64,000 nt of DNA from an uncultured Nitrososphaeraceae archaeon (lineage in GTDB: Archaea > Thermoproteota > Nitrososphaeria > Nitrososphaerales > Nitrososphaeraceae): contig CAWGVG010000062.1 of the NCBI GenBank assembly GCA_963825865.1, forward strand, positions 96,001 to 160,000. The letters run 5' to 3'. A program made the translations under genes and the position numbers. This document shows, in pieces, positions 1 through 11,942 of the stretch (position 1 is its first letter; each line of letters starts with the position of its first letter). Below the pieces are notes generated by a model. That model had not been told where the DNA came from, did no database searches, and worked only from the letters and a program-made list of their open reading frames with translations.

Positions 1-844
1 CCAAATCCTTCGATATCCAATCACAGTACCTAATTGTATTGCTGATGCCCCTGCGAGCATAAACTCTACAGCATCTTCCCAAGTGAATATTCCACCACAT
101 CCAATTACCGGAATGCGACATTTTTAGAAATTTCAAAAACACATCTGACGCCTATGGGTTTTACTCGATTTGCCTGACAGTCCACCAATTTTATTACTCA
201 GCACCGGGCATTCCAGTTTCAAGTTGATAGTCATGGCACGAATTGTATTGATTGCAGTAATCGCATCAGCTCCTGCATCTTTTGCAACCCTTGCAATTTC
301 AAGCTAGGTCTACATTTCCAAGGCCAACTTTAACAATCAACCGGCTTAGTGTATTAGACTTTATAGTCTTTACAATCTTGGTTACCATATCAGGATCATC
401 TCCAACCTCCATGCCCATTTTGGCTACATGTGGACATGATAGATTAATTTCATAACCAAGAATATTCAGGTCATCAAATTTATTTATCATTGATGGAAAA
501 TCGTCATGAGATGAACCAACCAAACTGACTATAATCGGAACATATTGGTTATTCGCGATTTCCTTCGAAAATGCATCTGCTCCCGGGTTTGCAAGACCCA
601 CAGCATTCAGATAACTACCACCTTCCAAAGAGACAACAGTAGGATTTCTATAACCCTCTATGGGCTTGATACTAATTGATTTGCTCACTATCGCTCCAAC
701 CTCTGCGTTATAAAGCCTATTGAAAATATCCTGAGAAATACCTAAAAAACCAGAAGCAAGCATAGTGGGATTACGAAGCTTTATGCCTGCAAGACTTACA
801 GAGAGGAATTCATCATGTGCCTGTGGCTGTTGCCTCCTTTTCAA
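1..844 (-). CDS. pyrD: Dihydroorotate dehydrogenase (catalytic subunit); apparent frameshift near 300, runs off the window start
   Basis: [21 protein letters not shown] and YEINLSCPH motifs in ORF 299-844; the C-terminal [30 protein letters not shown] reads in another frame in 1-120. Confidence 0.92.
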
Positions 845-1116
845 TCTTCAACGCATCCCCCAGAACTTGGGAACATGTTAATGAAGCATCTAGGATTCAT
901 TCTCTCGAACAAACTGCTTTTTATCTGTAATTTATTTAATCGGTCGTTATCTTTCAAAGAATTATTGAATTCATTTATCATATGTAAAAAAGGAAGGTTA
1001 TTGTTATTAACGTTGATTGTTATGCTCTTTGCATGCAGTAAGACAGAGTCCCTATTGATCATTAGATCTTTCGGAATTCTTAACGCCGGTATATTGGCCA
1101 TACGGAACGTAAACAT
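841..1116 (-). CDS. Hypothetical protein, possibly extending to about 1240 through an indel
   Basis: ORF overlaps the pyrD start (ATGA-type coupling); no family recognised. Confidence 0.4.
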   Translation of the reverse strand: MFTFRMANIPALRIPKDLMINRDSVLLHAKSITINVNNNNLPFLHMINEFNNSLKDNDRLNKLQIKSSLFERMNPRCFINMFPSSGGCVED

Positions 1117-1433
1117 CGTTCCATATTAGTCCCTTTGTAAGTGAAAATTTGTTACATCCAGTTTCAATCATATCCAAACTAATGACCTTATTTTCACTTG
1201 TAATTACTTTCTTGCCAAATCAGTTTTTATATTTAGGCATTTTCTAATAAATAAATAAATAAAATTATTCAGGAAATATCATGTAAGATAAGCAGACAAA
1301 TCTTATCAATAAAAAGAGGAATCAGGAGAGAAGGATGTCCTAAATATCAAACTAATAGAGAAACAAAATTACCTAGGTCAGACAATATAAGATTACTCTA
1401 CATACAATACATTATCTAATTGTGCAAATTTAG

Positions 1434-2505
1434 CTAAAACCTATTTATTACTGACCTAAAACCACAATATTTTTCGGTAGCTAACATTGCTTCCTTTATG
1501 TTATTAAGTGAATATCTCTGACTAACTATCCTTGATAGATTGACTTTTTTATCTACTACAAGTCGAACAGCTTTTTGAAGCATAGTGGGTGTAGAGCTAA
1601 AGCTACCAGTAATGGAAATTTGATTATAATGAAGCCAATTGGGATTTAATGGAATACTTTTGTCATTCGGCATACCTGCAAATATATTAATTTTTGAGTT
1701 CTTACTTGCGATTTTTATTGCTAAACTTAAAGCTATAGGATTACTTGTAGCAATTATGACAATATTAGCACCAATTCCATGTGTGAAGTCTAAAATCTTA
1801 TACATTGTCTCATTACTATCACTACCAATTACCGTGCGATCTGCTCCCATAGATTTTGCTTTTTGTATTCTTGCTGGGATTTTGCCAACCAGAATGGTTT
1901 TCGCCCCATATAATTTTTTTGATAACTGAAGATGAAGCAATCCTATCGGTCCGTCTCCTATTATAACAACCGAGCTTTCTTTTGTAACTGCACCGATATG
2001 AAAAAAACCGTTTAAACAGCAAGCTAATGGTTCAAGCAAAGCTGCCTCTTTCGCTACTTAGAGTATCTGGTATCGAGATTAGACCGCCGATGCGGAGAAT
2101 TTCTTCTGGTATCTTAACGTATTCTGCAAAACCTCCATCAATAGTCGATCCTATTTCCCTTAGATTTATACAGAGATTGTATTGTTTATTATGGCAGTAT
2201 TCACAGATTAAGCAAGGTATTATGGGTGAAACAGCTACTCTTGTACCAGCTTTGATCACTTTTCCCTTAGCCATAGTTATCGTTTCCATGCTTTCACCAC
2301 AAAGTTCATGTCCTAATATTATAGGGGGTGTAACTTTCTGATGTCCATTTCTAAATACTCTTGCATCATATCCGCATATTGCACATGCTTTTACTCTTAA
2401 TATAACGCCTTTTTTATCAGGCTTTGAAAATGGTATGTCTCCTATGGCTATGTTATTCGGACTATAAAACACAGCAGCATGCATCTTTTTTGGAGGTGAA
2501 AACAA
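1434..2505 (-). CDS. Zinc-dependent alcohol/polyol dehydrogenase (threonine/iditol dehydrogenase-like), frameshift near 2035
   Basis: CAICGYD, ILGHE and the CxxCxxC...C structural Zn loop in 2032-2505; Rossmann GDGPIG in 1434-2039. Confidence 0.88.
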
Positions 2506-3158
2506 CTAGGTAAGGTAGTTTATTCGACAAATGTAAAAAGGATTATGCTGCCTTTCAATAGCGATAACAAGGATAGGGTAGAGGGCATAAAGATCTTCTA
2601 GGATAATATTTTTGGTATCTAAAGAGATTTGAAACTAAAAAGTGGCTTGGAATTGAACATTTTGTATGTATTTTTGTAATCTAAAAGAAGCAATAAGAAA
2701 ACCGTTGGCAATAGATGCCAAAGAGTCGTAAGACTAAGTATGTGTTGCTAAGCCATAGAAAAAGATGCTGCCTACAGCTAATTTATTCATGGAATATGAC
2801 AGTCACAAGTTATAGGACCTGTAAATACACTCTAGCAGATAATAATTGTAATGAGTAAGACAGAAAAAACATATTAATAGATCAGAACACAGAAGTACTA
2901 TTGAAAAAAACTTGTTCTGGACAAGCTTTCATAATAATTGGGCTCCTCGGCGAGGAATGAAAATAATATTAATAATGTATGGACCGAGGTATTTTATATC
3001 TGTTAAGTTTTCTGGTAGCAGCTGGAGAAAGGGGATTTAGTTTGAATGAACTTGAAAAGCTAGTCGTCTTCTTTCATCATACATTTCATCATATGTATAA
3101 TTTCTCTAGACAATCTTTGAGCTTTACATGTATGCCATAGACCGTTATTCTAAAGACT

Positions 3159-3989
3159 ATGAAACTCGCCTTTAGTACTAACGCATTCAAAAAATATTCC
3201 TTAGTAGAATCGATCAAAGCAATTGCAGATATAGGTTACGATGCAATAGAAATACTCTGTGATATTCCACACGCCTATCCGCCTAATTTTACAGGGAAAA
3301 AAATTCAAACAGTTAGAGAACTTATATCAAAATTCAATATTCAAATTTCTAATCTAAATGCATTTACACTCTATGCTATTACAGACCTTTATCATCCATC
3401 TTGGATAGAAAATAATGAACATCTAAGAGAATTACGTATTCAACACACTATTAACTGCATACAACTAGCAAAAAAGATTGGCTCCAAGAACCTCTCAACT
3501 GAACCTGGTGGACCCGTTGATAGAAATAGCAGCAACTATGTGAGAAAACTTAAACTCTTCATTGATGGACTGGCTAGGGCAGCGCTGATTGCGGAAGAAG
3601 AGGAAGTAATGCTTCTTGTAGAACCTGAGCCTAACCTCCTGTTAGAAAACTCTAGACAGTTTCTGAACTTTATCAAAGATGTAAATTCTGATTCTGTCAG
3701 ACTTAACTTTGATATCGGGCATTTTTATTGCGTAAGAGAAGATCCCGTAAAGATGATTTATGAATTGTCAGATTATATCGAGCATTTTCATCTTGCTGAT
3801 ATTGCTGATAATAGGATACATAATCATCTAATACCTGGACAAGGAGCCATTGATTTCCGGTCAGTTTTTAAGGCAATAGACAAAATCGGATATAAGGGAT
3901 TTGTAACGGTTGAACTGTACCTGTACCAAGATAATCCAGTATATGCAGCAAATACGGCATACAAATATCTCAAGGATATTATTGTATAA
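3159..3989 (+). CDS. Sugar phosphate isomerase/epimerase (xylose-isomerase-like TIM barrel)
   Basis: LLVEPEP, NFDIGH, HFHLAD, HLIPGQGAIDF and GYKGFVTVE motifs. Confidence 0.85.
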   Translation: MKLAFSTNAFKKYSLVESIKAIADIGYDAIEILCDIPHAYPPNFTGKKIQTVRELISKFNIQISNLNAFTLYAITDLYHPSWIENNEHLRELRIQHTINCIQLAKKIGSKNLSTEPGGPVDRNSSNYVRKLKLFIDGLARAALIAEEEEVMLLVEPEPNLLLENSRQFLNFIKDVNSDSVRLNFDIGHFYCVREDPVKMIYELSDYIEHFHLADIADNRIHNHLIPGQGAIDFRSVFKAIDKIGYKGFVTVELYLYQDNPVYAANTAYKYLKDIIV

Positions 3990-4082
3990 ATCTTGTAACA
4001 TGACGATCTCACTAGTTAATATGTTACACTGGAAAAGCAATAATAACACCTGCAGTTTGTGTTAAAATGCGGATAGTTTTAA

Positions 4083-4646
4083 ATGCCAAATCGGAAAGTG
4101 AAGGAAGATAAGCCAAGGAAAAAGCTTAGAATGAAACAGATTCTATTACCTCCAATTGCGGCAGGTGTTGCTACACTTATAGGTTTAGTTATAATGCATT
4201 TTGTTCCACCTCCTGCCATACTTGGTACATGTTTAAAGCCTGACAGCGTGGATGCATTCAACGTCTATCCTAGAATTGAGATTATTGTGGACAAGCAGCC
4301 AAAACTGCTCCCTAGCGATATTGGAAAGCAGCCAAAAAACGGCGGAGAATGTCTGCGCGTAATACATACTGATAAAATTGGCAACGTGTTTCACATACAA
4401 TATTTAAGGCCAATTCGACTATCGATGGAAGATTTTATGAAAATATATTCTTATGATAATAGGACAATAACCGTAATAGATAATTCATCAGGGAGTTCAG
4501 AAAGGCAAATCTTAACACTTAGAAACTATGATATTCAATATTCGTACTTCTCTGAAAAAGGGGAATTTACAAAAGTAGAAAATCCATCGAAGATACCTCC
4601 TTTTACAAATAACTTGGTTGCTAGATTGAATTTAACCTCCAAATAG
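4083..4646 (+). CDS. Membrane-anchored hypothetical protein
   Basis: 187 aa ORF with a basic N-terminus followed by one hydrophobic segment. Confidence 0.7.
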   Translation: MPNRKVKEDKPRKKLRMKQILLPPIAAGVATLIGLVIMHFVPPPAILGTCLKPDSVDAFNVYPRIEIIVDKQPKLLPSDIGKQPKNGGECLRVIHTDKIGNVFHIQYLRPIRLSMEDFMKIYSYDNRTITVIDNSSGSSERQILTLRNYDIQYSYFSEKGEFTKVENPSKIPPFTNNLVARLNLTSK

Positions 4647-4675
4647 ATATAAATAGAGAGGATTTTGCTCTTGAT

Positions 4676-5710
4676 TTGATCATTTTGGCAAGGAAATCTG
4701 CCGCAATTATTCGAGGCGATGGAACGGGACCAGAACTTGTGAAGGCAATGATCAAAGTTTTGAGGATATGTAATACTAAGATCGAATTGATTCCATGCGA
4801 TGCAGGATCTGAATGGTGGCAAAAAGTAAACGGAACGTCCTATATTTCTCCAGAGGTTTGGAAGTTACTTGAAGACAGTGATGCCTGTTTTAAAGGACCT
4901 ACTACTACAATTCCCGTTCCAAATGCTCCTCGCAGTGTTGCAGTAAGTATTAGACAAAAGTTTGAATTATATGCCAATATACGGCCTATTAAAACTTATA
5001 GGAATTCTGAAAAACAGTTAAACTTTGTCTGTGTACGTGAAGCAACTGAAGGCTTGTATGCCGGAATTGAATTCAAAATCAGCGACGACTCAGCTATTGC
5101 AATTCGTAAGATAACTAGAAAGGGATGTGAAAGAGTTGTCAAAAAAGGATTCCAAGTTGCAAAAGATATGGACATTAAGAAAATTTTTGCAATTACAAAA
5201 AGAAATATCTTAAAAGAAACAGATGGAATATTCTGGGCATCCGTGGAAAAGACGCAAAAAGAGTTCAAAAATATCGAGATTGAGGAATATTATATTGACA
5301 ATATGACACAACAGATTGTCAAGAATCCAGAGAGATTCAATAACAGTATCTTGCTTAGCACCAATTTATTCATGGATATAATTTCAGAATGCGCATCAGG
5401 ACATGCTGGTTCTATAGGAAATATATACTCTGGCAATTATGGGGATGCTTACGCAATGTTTGAACCTGCACATGGTAGTGCTCCAAAATACGCTGGTAAG
5501 AATAAGGTAAATCCTGTTGCGACCATTTTATCAGGCGCATGGATGGTAGAATACCTTGGGGAGGAACACATTTCTAGGGCAATCTTTAAAGCTACAGAAG
5601 ATGTTATCAACGAAAACAAATACGTTACCTACGATCTAGGTGGTAATGCTACTCTCTCTCAAATGGCGGATCGAATAGCAACAAGGGCAGACGAATTATT
5701 GAAAAAGTAA
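4676..5710 (+). CDS. Isocitrate/isopropylmalate dehydrogenase family protein
   Basis: GDGTGPE, YANIRP, RENTEG-like REATEGLY, NLFMDIISE and FEPAHGSAPKYAG. Confidence 0.93.
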   Translation: MIILARKSAAIIRGDGTGPELVKAMIKVLRICNTKIELIPCDAGSEWWQKVNGTSYISPEVWKLLEDSDACFKGPTTTIPVPNAPRSVAVSIRQKFELYANIRPIKTYRNSEKQLNFVCVREATEGLYAGIEFKISDDSAIAIRKITRKGCERVVKKGFQVAKDMDIKKIFAITKRNILKETDGIFWASVEKTQKEFKNIEIEEYYIDNMTQQIVKNPERFNNSILLSTNLFMDIISECASGHAGSIGNIYSGNYGDAYAMFEPAHGSAPKYAGKNKVNPVATILSGAWMVEYLGEEHISRAIFKATEDVINENKYVTYDLGGNATLSQMADRIATRADELLKK

Positions 5711-5718
5711 CCTCTTTA

Positions 5719-6243
5719 TCATTTAAAACTTAACTCGAGTATCGAGAGAGTTTCAAAAAATAACTTCTTTTCCCTTATTGTCCTTCTCTTTAATTTCATT
5801 TCTATTATTAACTCATCTATTTTCGAAATGTTTGATAAAGTTGAAATTACTATTAACATTTTACCATTTTGACTCAAAACTGAAACAGCAGATTTTATGA
5901 GATGTAACGTTGTTTCTATACCAGAAGAACCACCATGTATTGCCGGTTCCTTTTTTTTATCGTCCTCATCTGGTAAGTAAGGCGGATTGGTAACAATCAA
6001 GTCAAATCTAAATCGAAAAACAGAGGCTGCATCACAACAAGCGAGCATAGCATTGTTTGGCAGATTATCTTTGCAGTATTTTAGCGATTCGAAACTAATG
6101 TCAGTTCCAGCGACAATTTTAAAATTTTCATAAAGAGTTTTTAGAACAATTCCTGATCCAACCCCAATTTCTAATGCGGAGTTGCCCCTGTATTCTTCAA
6201 CGGAGTCTCTCATAAGAAAACTATCATCGGATGGCAGATACAA
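5719..6243 (-). CDS. HemK/PrmC-like N5-glutamine methyltransferase
   Basis: YLPSDDS N-terminus, LEIGVGSG SAM motif and NPPY. Confidence 0.88.
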   Translation of the reverse strand: MYLPSDDSFLMRDSVEEYRGNSALEIGVGSGIVLKTLYENFKIVAGTDISFESLKYCKDNLPNNAMLACCDAASVFRFRFDLIVTNPPYLPDEDDKKKEPAIHGGSSGIETTLHLIKSAVSVLSQNGKMLIVISTLSNISKIDELIIEMKLKRRTIREKKLFFETLSILELSFK

Positions 6244-6502
6244 TGTCTATTCAATTGTATTTATGATAGTTAGTAAGATATAGTTTCTTCATGATTATTT
6301 ACCATTGGCAGTTGTTGGAATTGTATGATTTTTGGACAAATAGAATAATTAAAAAGTTGAGAAGTCTAGGGTTATAATGATTGGAATTTTATCAGCATAA
6401 ATGATGGTATTCCACTCATGCTACATGTATTGACTTGAATGTTAAAAACTCCATGATAATTAATTGTATATATATAATATATATATATGCTGTTACTTAT
6501 CA

Positions 6503-7246
6503 TTATAACGATGGGTTGAATTTTTCAATTTCTATCAAGTCAGCTAATTCTATTAACACTCCTGAGTTTAACTCGTCTATTCTTGTGCCACCAAAGTTAG
6601 ATTTAATACCAAATTTCTTTGCCACTGATGATGCTTTCTTATTTCTTTGAGAAAATATATAGTTCAAATTCCTGATAGTTCTCCTTGTTATTCGCTGATA
6701 TCGCGGAATTAATTTTATAACTACGGATTCGACAGAAGGCTCAGGATCAAACGCTTCTTTATTTACGCTAAATAATTTCTGTAAAGTGAAACAATGCTGA
6801 GCTACAACTGAGATTGCACGATAATTTTTTTCTCCGGGCTTAGCTTGCAATTTATCAGCGAATTCTCTTTGTATCATAAGTATAGCTCTATCGAATTTCT
6901 GTGATGTTAACCAATGAAAAGCATCTTTACTTTTAGAATAAGGAAGATTCGATATAAAGACATCAAATTTAAGGTCGAGTGTTTTAAAAAGATCCACATT
7001 TAATAACTGCAAGTTTGATAAAGTAAAAACTTGTTTTCTTGCTCTTGCGAATAATACTTTGTCGATTTCAAATGAAATTACTGACTTGGCATATTTACAA
7101 AGTTCATACGTTAAAATCCCATTTCCGGTGCCTCCTTCACAAACGATTTCATTTTCACTAATTTGAGATGCTTCAATAACTTTTGCAAGAATTTTAATAT
7201 CTATAAGCATATGCTGGCCAAGAGATCTTCTCTTTGACCATTTCAT
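6503..7246 (-). CDS. rsmA: 16S rRNA dimethyladenosine transferase KsgA/RsmA
   Basis: LGQHML, EGGTGNG, SNLPY, MIQREFA and FDPEPSVES. Confidence 0.93.
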   Translation of the reverse strand: MKWSKRRSLGQHMLIDIKILAKVIEASQISENEIVCEGGTGNGILTYELCKYAKSVISFEIDKVLFARARKQVFTLSNLQLLNVDLFKTLDLKFDVFISNLPYSKSKDAFHWLTSQKFDRAILMIQREFADKLQAKPGEKNYRAISVVAQHCFTLQKLFSVNKEAFDPEPSVESVVIKLIPRYQRITRRTIRNLNYIFSQRNKKASSVAKKFGIKSNFGGTRIDELNSGVLIELADLIEIEKFNPSL

Positions 7247-7857
7247 TTTCTGACAAAGAGGTTCATTCTAGCTTCGCCAGATATTTCATCGATAATCCTT
7301 TTTGCAATCAGTTTCGCAAGATCTCGTAATCCCACTCTGTTCTGAATGTCTACAAACGATTCAAACTTTTTCTTTTCCCGTTCCTTAATTATAGTCATCA
7401 TATATGTTTTTCCTATGCCGGGAATCAATTCGAGAGCATGGATTCTCGGTGTGATTGGCTGTGCCACATTAACATAAGACACAAATCGCTTCTCATTTCT
7501 AATCACTGTTTTTTCCACGATGTTTGTGAGTTCATTTTTTGCAGTCTGAGATATATCATTGTATTCAAGTCTACCAAGGACACTCGTTACTTTATCGCGA
7601 CCCTCTCTTCCAATATATACGCGCTCTCCAACTTCAAAATTCATATTTTGAACACCAAGTAACTCTAACAAGGTTAGCCGTTCTTCACCAATAGCCTGAA
7701 TGATAATGCCTTCTCTTCCTCTTACTGTAGTTGATTTTCCTCTTTGCAGGAAATCTAGGACATAAGCATATTCCTCATATTTTCTCTGAGATTGTTCTAG
7801 CCCAGAGCTTGGCTCCGTAGTTCTATCACCCTGGTAGTGTTGCGGCGATGATGGCAA
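7243..7857 (-). CDS. DUF655 putative RNA-binding protein
   Basis: EEYAYVLD, QAIGE, HALELIPGIGK; conserved archaeal rpl21e-rpoF-DUF655-ksgA synteny. Confidence 0.9.
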   Translation of the reverse strand: MPSSPQHYQGDRTTEPSSGLEQSQRKYEEYAYVLDFLQRGKSTTVRGREGIIIQAIGEERLTLLELLGVQNMNFEVGERVYIGREGRDKVTSVLGRLEYNDISQTAKNELTNIVEKTVIRNEKRFVSYVNVAQPITPRIHALELIPGIGKTYMMTIIKEREKKKFESFVDIQNRVGLRDLAKLIAKRIIDEISGEARMNLFVRK

Positions 7858-7897
7858 TACTTATTCTTCCTGCATAATATATTGACTTGCTTTTTAT

Positions 7898-8230
7898 TTA
7901 ACTTTCAGCATTCATTTGAAGTATATTTATCATTTTTTCGAGCGTAGCAGTAAGAATAAGTTTTTTCCATCCAAATGTAAATGCTCTCAATTCTTCCAAA
8001 GACGTAGGCATTATATTTACAACCTCAACTGCTTCTTCTTCTTTTAATTCGCATTGCTGAATTAGCTGTTTTACCATTTTTTGAGCCATCTTCGAATTCG
8101 TCTTTGCAAATTTTCCGACATAGTCAAATGTCCATCTCTGGATCTGATCCATGTCATCTGGCTTGACTCGTTCTAATATTTCCTTCACCTCTGGTAATGT
8201 AATTACTTCTTTCTTGATGATATCTGTCAC
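7898..8230 (-). CDS. rpoF: DNA-directed RNA polymerase subunit Rpo4 (F)
   Basis: 110 aa, ITLPEVKEIL...VVNIMPTSLEELR; conserved synteny. Confidence 0.9.
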   Translation of the reverse strand: MTDIIKKEVITLPEVKEILERVKPDDMDQIQRWTFDYVGKFAKTNSKMAQKMVKQLIQQCELKEEEAVEVVNIMPTSLEELRAFTFGWKKLILTATLEKMINILQMNAES

Positions 8231-8529
8231 TCTGCATTAACCTTCTCTCTAACTAATGGCTTGATATGGTTAAGCCTAGTTTGCAAAATCTTTTGCTTTT
8301 CACCAACCATTATTACTACCTTTAAGGTTCTTCTTCCCACCTCTTTAATAACTCCTACTTTGCCTTGAAATCTTCTGTGAGGGGTTGTTTTATGTTCTCT
8401 TGGATCTACATCCACGATAACCTTGTCACCAATTTTGTAATCAATTAGCAGGTATGATAAGCCCCTTGCGACGTTATCTTTTGTCATAATGGAACGAGCC
8501 TTTCTTCGAGTACCATGCGATTGTGGCAT
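8227..8529 (-). CDS. rpl21e: 50S ribosomal protein L21e
   Basis: SHGTRRKAR and PHRRFQGKVG motifs. Confidence 0.95.
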   Translation of the reverse strand: MPQSHGTRRKARSIMTKDNVARGLSYLLIDYKIGDKVIVDVDPREHKTTPHRRFQGKVGVIKEVGRRTLKVVIMVGEKQKILQTRLNHIKPLVREKVNAE

Positions 8530-8561
8530 GAGGAACCACTACTTAATGGCTTAATTTAATA

Positions 8562-9566
8562 TTATCTAATCGTTCGGGTACCTGGTTCATATGGGTCCGC
8601 AACCCCTTGTTCAGATAACATAAAAAGTACTTCTCTTTCTGGGTGGCAGGGGCTGTCAACCATTCTTGCAATCCGGTTCTTTCCAGAGCGTTTTAGATAT
8701 ACTCTATAAGTGCTAGTATGCGCCACAACGTGGCCGCCAGTTGGTTTAAATGCATCGCCAAATATTGCATCAGGAGACGATTGAATTTGATTAGTTGCCA
8801 AAACTGCCACAGCATAAGTTTCAGCAATTCTTACTAACATGTGCATAAATTTATTGAGTCGTTGTTGTCTTTCTGATAATGTAGCTCTTCCAAGATATTC
8901 AGATCTATAGAGGGCTACCGCAGAATCTACTATCAGTAATTTCACGTTATTGGCATCAATAATAGGTCCAATTTCTTCAATAATCAATTCCTGATGGGCG
9001 CTATTGTATACTTTTGCAACTATGATGTGTTCAAGTGCAGAGTCCGGATCCAGATTTCTTGCCAAGGCAATCGAGACTATTCTTTCAGGTCTAAAGGTAT
9101 TTTCCGTATCAATATATAGCGCCTTACTAGTTATTCCGTCGTTGGACTTCTTTTGCTGAACCATTATACATAAAGTATGACAGAGCTGAGTCTTACCTGT
9201 TCCATACTCACCGTAGATTTCTGTGACTGCCCTTGTCTCTATCCCTCCATCAAAAAGATCATTCAAGTTTTTTGATCCTGTGGAAATCCGTTCTTCTTTC
9301 TTTCTTTTGTCATAAAGCTTCGTAGCCGTAATAAAGCTTTTATCAATAATTCCTAGCTCTTCGAGCCTAACTCTTGCCTTGTTGCAAAGATATACAGCCT
9401 TATCCATTTCCATGCCGGTAGTTTCTGAAATGGCCACTGGTCCTCTTACAACTAAATCTTTAATTGATTTGAATCCAGATTCTTCTAAACGGTCTTTTGT
9501 GGCTAATCCAATTTCCTCGATACTATCTATATCTAATGTTCTACTAAGGTCATTATCTTCTGCCAA
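8562..9566 (-). CDS. radA: DNA repair and recombination protein RadA (or close paralogue)
   Basis: N-terminal HhH domain, Walker A GEYGTGKT, YIDTENTFRPER, LLIVDS and GGHVVAH. Confidence 0.92.
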   Translation of the reverse strand: MAEDNDLSRTLDIDSIEEIGLATKDRLEESGFKSIKDLVVRGPVAISETTGMEMDKAVYLCNKARVRLEELGIIDKSFITATKLYDKRKKEERISTGSKNLNDLFDGGIETRAVTEIYGEYGTGKTQLCHTLCIMVQQKKSNDGITSKALYIDTENTFRPERIVSIALARNLDPDSALEHIIVAKVYNSAHQELIIEEIGPIIDANNVKLLIVDSAVALYRSEYLGRATLSERQQRLNKFMHMLVRIAETYAVAVLATNQIQSSPDAIFGDAFKPTGGHVVAHTSTYRVYLKRSGKNRIARMVDSPCHPEREVLFMLSEQGVADPYEPGTRTIR

Positions 9567-9979
9567 TGTTCATTAATCCAACTGATCTGGCTACTAATTA
9601 GTTTTAAGTAAGTCCATTATTGATATCCTATTCAAAATTGTTGAATCATGCATAATTAAAATTATATGGAATCTGTTTGTATTTAATCGAAGAAAAAATA
9701 TATTTTGCAATCTTAAGTATAAGTCAATCAATCAATCATAGTCTGTGTTCCATAGCATAGTTGTTATATTGCCACAGGTTTAGATTACTTGTTCTGATTC
9801 TGCTTTTTCATTCTTCATTTTGCTGCTAATAAATGATAGAAATGAGTTGGAGGCTGTGCTCATATATGTAGTAATAATTTCTATAACCTACTATTACTAT
9901 GCTATAATGCTCTTTCAAGATGCAACAATTAAATAAAGAAAATTATCCCTGTTCCTTGACTGAAACCCTGGTGTTATGA

Positions 9980-10649
9980 ATGATAGTTGACCTGAATCTT
10001 GAGGGAAAAGATGTAGTGGTTATCGGTGGTGGAACAGAAGGTGTTAGAAAAGTCCGTGGCCTATTAGGTCAGAATTGTAAAATTACCCTTATAAGCAATC
10101 GTTTGAATCGTTATCTTACGGATTTAGGAAAGCAAGGGCAAATTGAAATCGTGAAAAGAAAGATAAAGGATGCAAGCATACTTGATAATTACAAAAATTC
10201 TTTTTTGGTTTTAGCTCGTTACTGATGATAAAATACTAAATCGTAAGCTTGTAGAAAAAGGACGTTCTATGGGTTCCTTTGTATATGCGGCAGATTATCC
10301 CCTTTTTAGCGACTTTTCGTATGCCTCAATTATTAATATCGAGGGAATTATGCAAATTGCAATTTCTACTTCAGGCAGGAGCCCAATTATGGCTCGAAAG
10401 ATAAGGATTAAGGTAGAGCGGATATTGTGCAGAATTATCAAAAAATCAGACATTGAAAATACAAAGTTGCAGGATTTCGCACGTACTGCCGCAAAACCAA
10501 GTATAAAAACCGTAGAAGAAAGAAAAGAATTTTTATATTCCTTGATGCATAATGTAGACATACAGAATCTTATCAAGGAAGATAGGGTTGACGATGCTAA
10601 AACCGTAACACTCGAACTCTTGCATAAATGGAAGAAAGAGAGACAATAA
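9980..10649 (+). CDS. Precorrin-2 dehydrogenase/sirohydrochlorin ferrochelatase (SirC/CysG N-terminal type), frameshift near 10220
   Basis: VVIGGGTEG Rossmann motif, then IAISTSGRSP in the second frame; upstream of hemA. Confidence 0.87.
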
Positions 10650-11942
10650 ATGACAATGTCTATCGTTGCACAGTCTTTACAGGTAATTAATGCTAGGGTA
10701 ACCTACAGAAACGCCCCAATTCATCTTCTTGAAAGATTCACTTTCAAAGATCTTGATAGCTCCTACAAGACATTTTTAGAAAAAGCAGGCTTGAAAGAAT
10801 GTGTCATCATACAGACATGCAACAGAGTTGAAGTTTTCGCGGCCAGTAAGCATTTAGATGAACAAAAATTACTGGAAGAATGGGGTTCTGCAGTTGGATT
10901 ATCCAATAAAGAGTTTACAAATATTGTCGAAATTGATAAAGATAAAGATGTTGTACTGCATCTGTTAAAACTAGCATCAGGATTGGATTCATTAGTCGTT
11001 GGCGAAGATCAAGTACTCGGACAGATAAAACGAGCGTTTGAATTCTCTCGTAAAAATCGTTATGTCGGTCCTAATCTTTCGATAATATTTGACAGAGCAC
11101 TTAAAGTTGGAAGCAGGATCAGAACAAATACGGCTCTAAACAAAGGCAGCGTTTCAATTGGATCAATAGCGGTAAATTTGGCAGAAAGATACTTTGACAA
11201 TTTGAAAAATAGACGTGTTATGCTCATTGGTTCGGGGGAAGGAGCAAGCCTTATTGCAAAATCATTGAAACAACGTAATGTAAATTTTATGATCACAAGC
11301 AGGACATTTGAAAGGGCTAAATCATTTGCAGATACAGTGGCAGGTAACCCCATTCCATTTGAAAATGCAGTTGAAAATTTCGGCCATGTTGATTTAATTT
11401 TTGTTTCTACTACTGCCCCCTATTATCTGATTACACATGATCGAATTGAAAAAGCTATGGGTAGTCGAGAAGAAGGAATGATGATCTTTGACCTTTCAAA
11501 TCCCAGAACTGTAGAAGAAAAGGTTGCAATAATCAAGAAAGTCAAATTGATAAATATGGATCAGATTGCAGAGATTGTAGAAAAGAACATAAGAGCTCGT
11601 AAGAGTGAGATCCAATCCGCAGAGAAAATAATTGATGATGAAATCAACTCAGTAGATACTATCCTAAAGAGAAAGAAGGCCGAGCCAATAGTGGTTTCCG
11701 TGTTCAAGAATGTAGATATCATTAGAGATCGTGAATTGAAAAAGGCACTTTCTATGCTCGGAAAGAAAATAGGACCTGAAGAGTCTAAAACAATCGAACA
11801 ACTTTCACATGCTATTGTGGAAGGAATTCTTTCTACTCCAATGAATAACCTTAGAAAGGAAATAGAAGTATGTAATGGAAATGAAGAAGAGATAATGAAG
11901 ATGGCAGCAAAGTTGTTCAAATATGAAGACAAACACCAGTAG
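10650..11942 (+). CDS. hemA: Glutamyl-tRNA reductase
   Basis: TCNRVE, SGLDSLVVGEDQVLGQ and DLSNPR. Confidence 0.96.
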   Translation: MTMSIVAQSLQVINARVTYRNAPIHLLERFTFKDLDSSYKTFLEKAGLKECVIIQTCNRVEVFAASKHLDEQKLLEEWGSAVGLSNKEFTNIVEIDKDKDVVLHLLKLASGLDSLVVGEDQVLGQIKRAFEFSRKNRYVGPNLSIIFDRALKVGSRIRTNTALNKGSVSIGSIAVNLAERYFDNLKNRRVMLIGSGEGASLIAKSLKQRNVNFMITSRTFERAKSFADTVAGNPIPFENAVENFGHVDLIFVSTTAPYYLITHDRIEKAMGSREEGMMIFDLSNPRTVEEKVAIIKKVKLINMDQIAEIVEKNIRARKSEIQSAEKIIDDEINSVDTILKRKKAEPIVVSVFKNVDIIRDRELKKALSMLGKKIGPEESKTIEQLSHAIVEGILSTPMNNLRKEIEVCNGNEEEIMKMAAKLFKYEDKHQ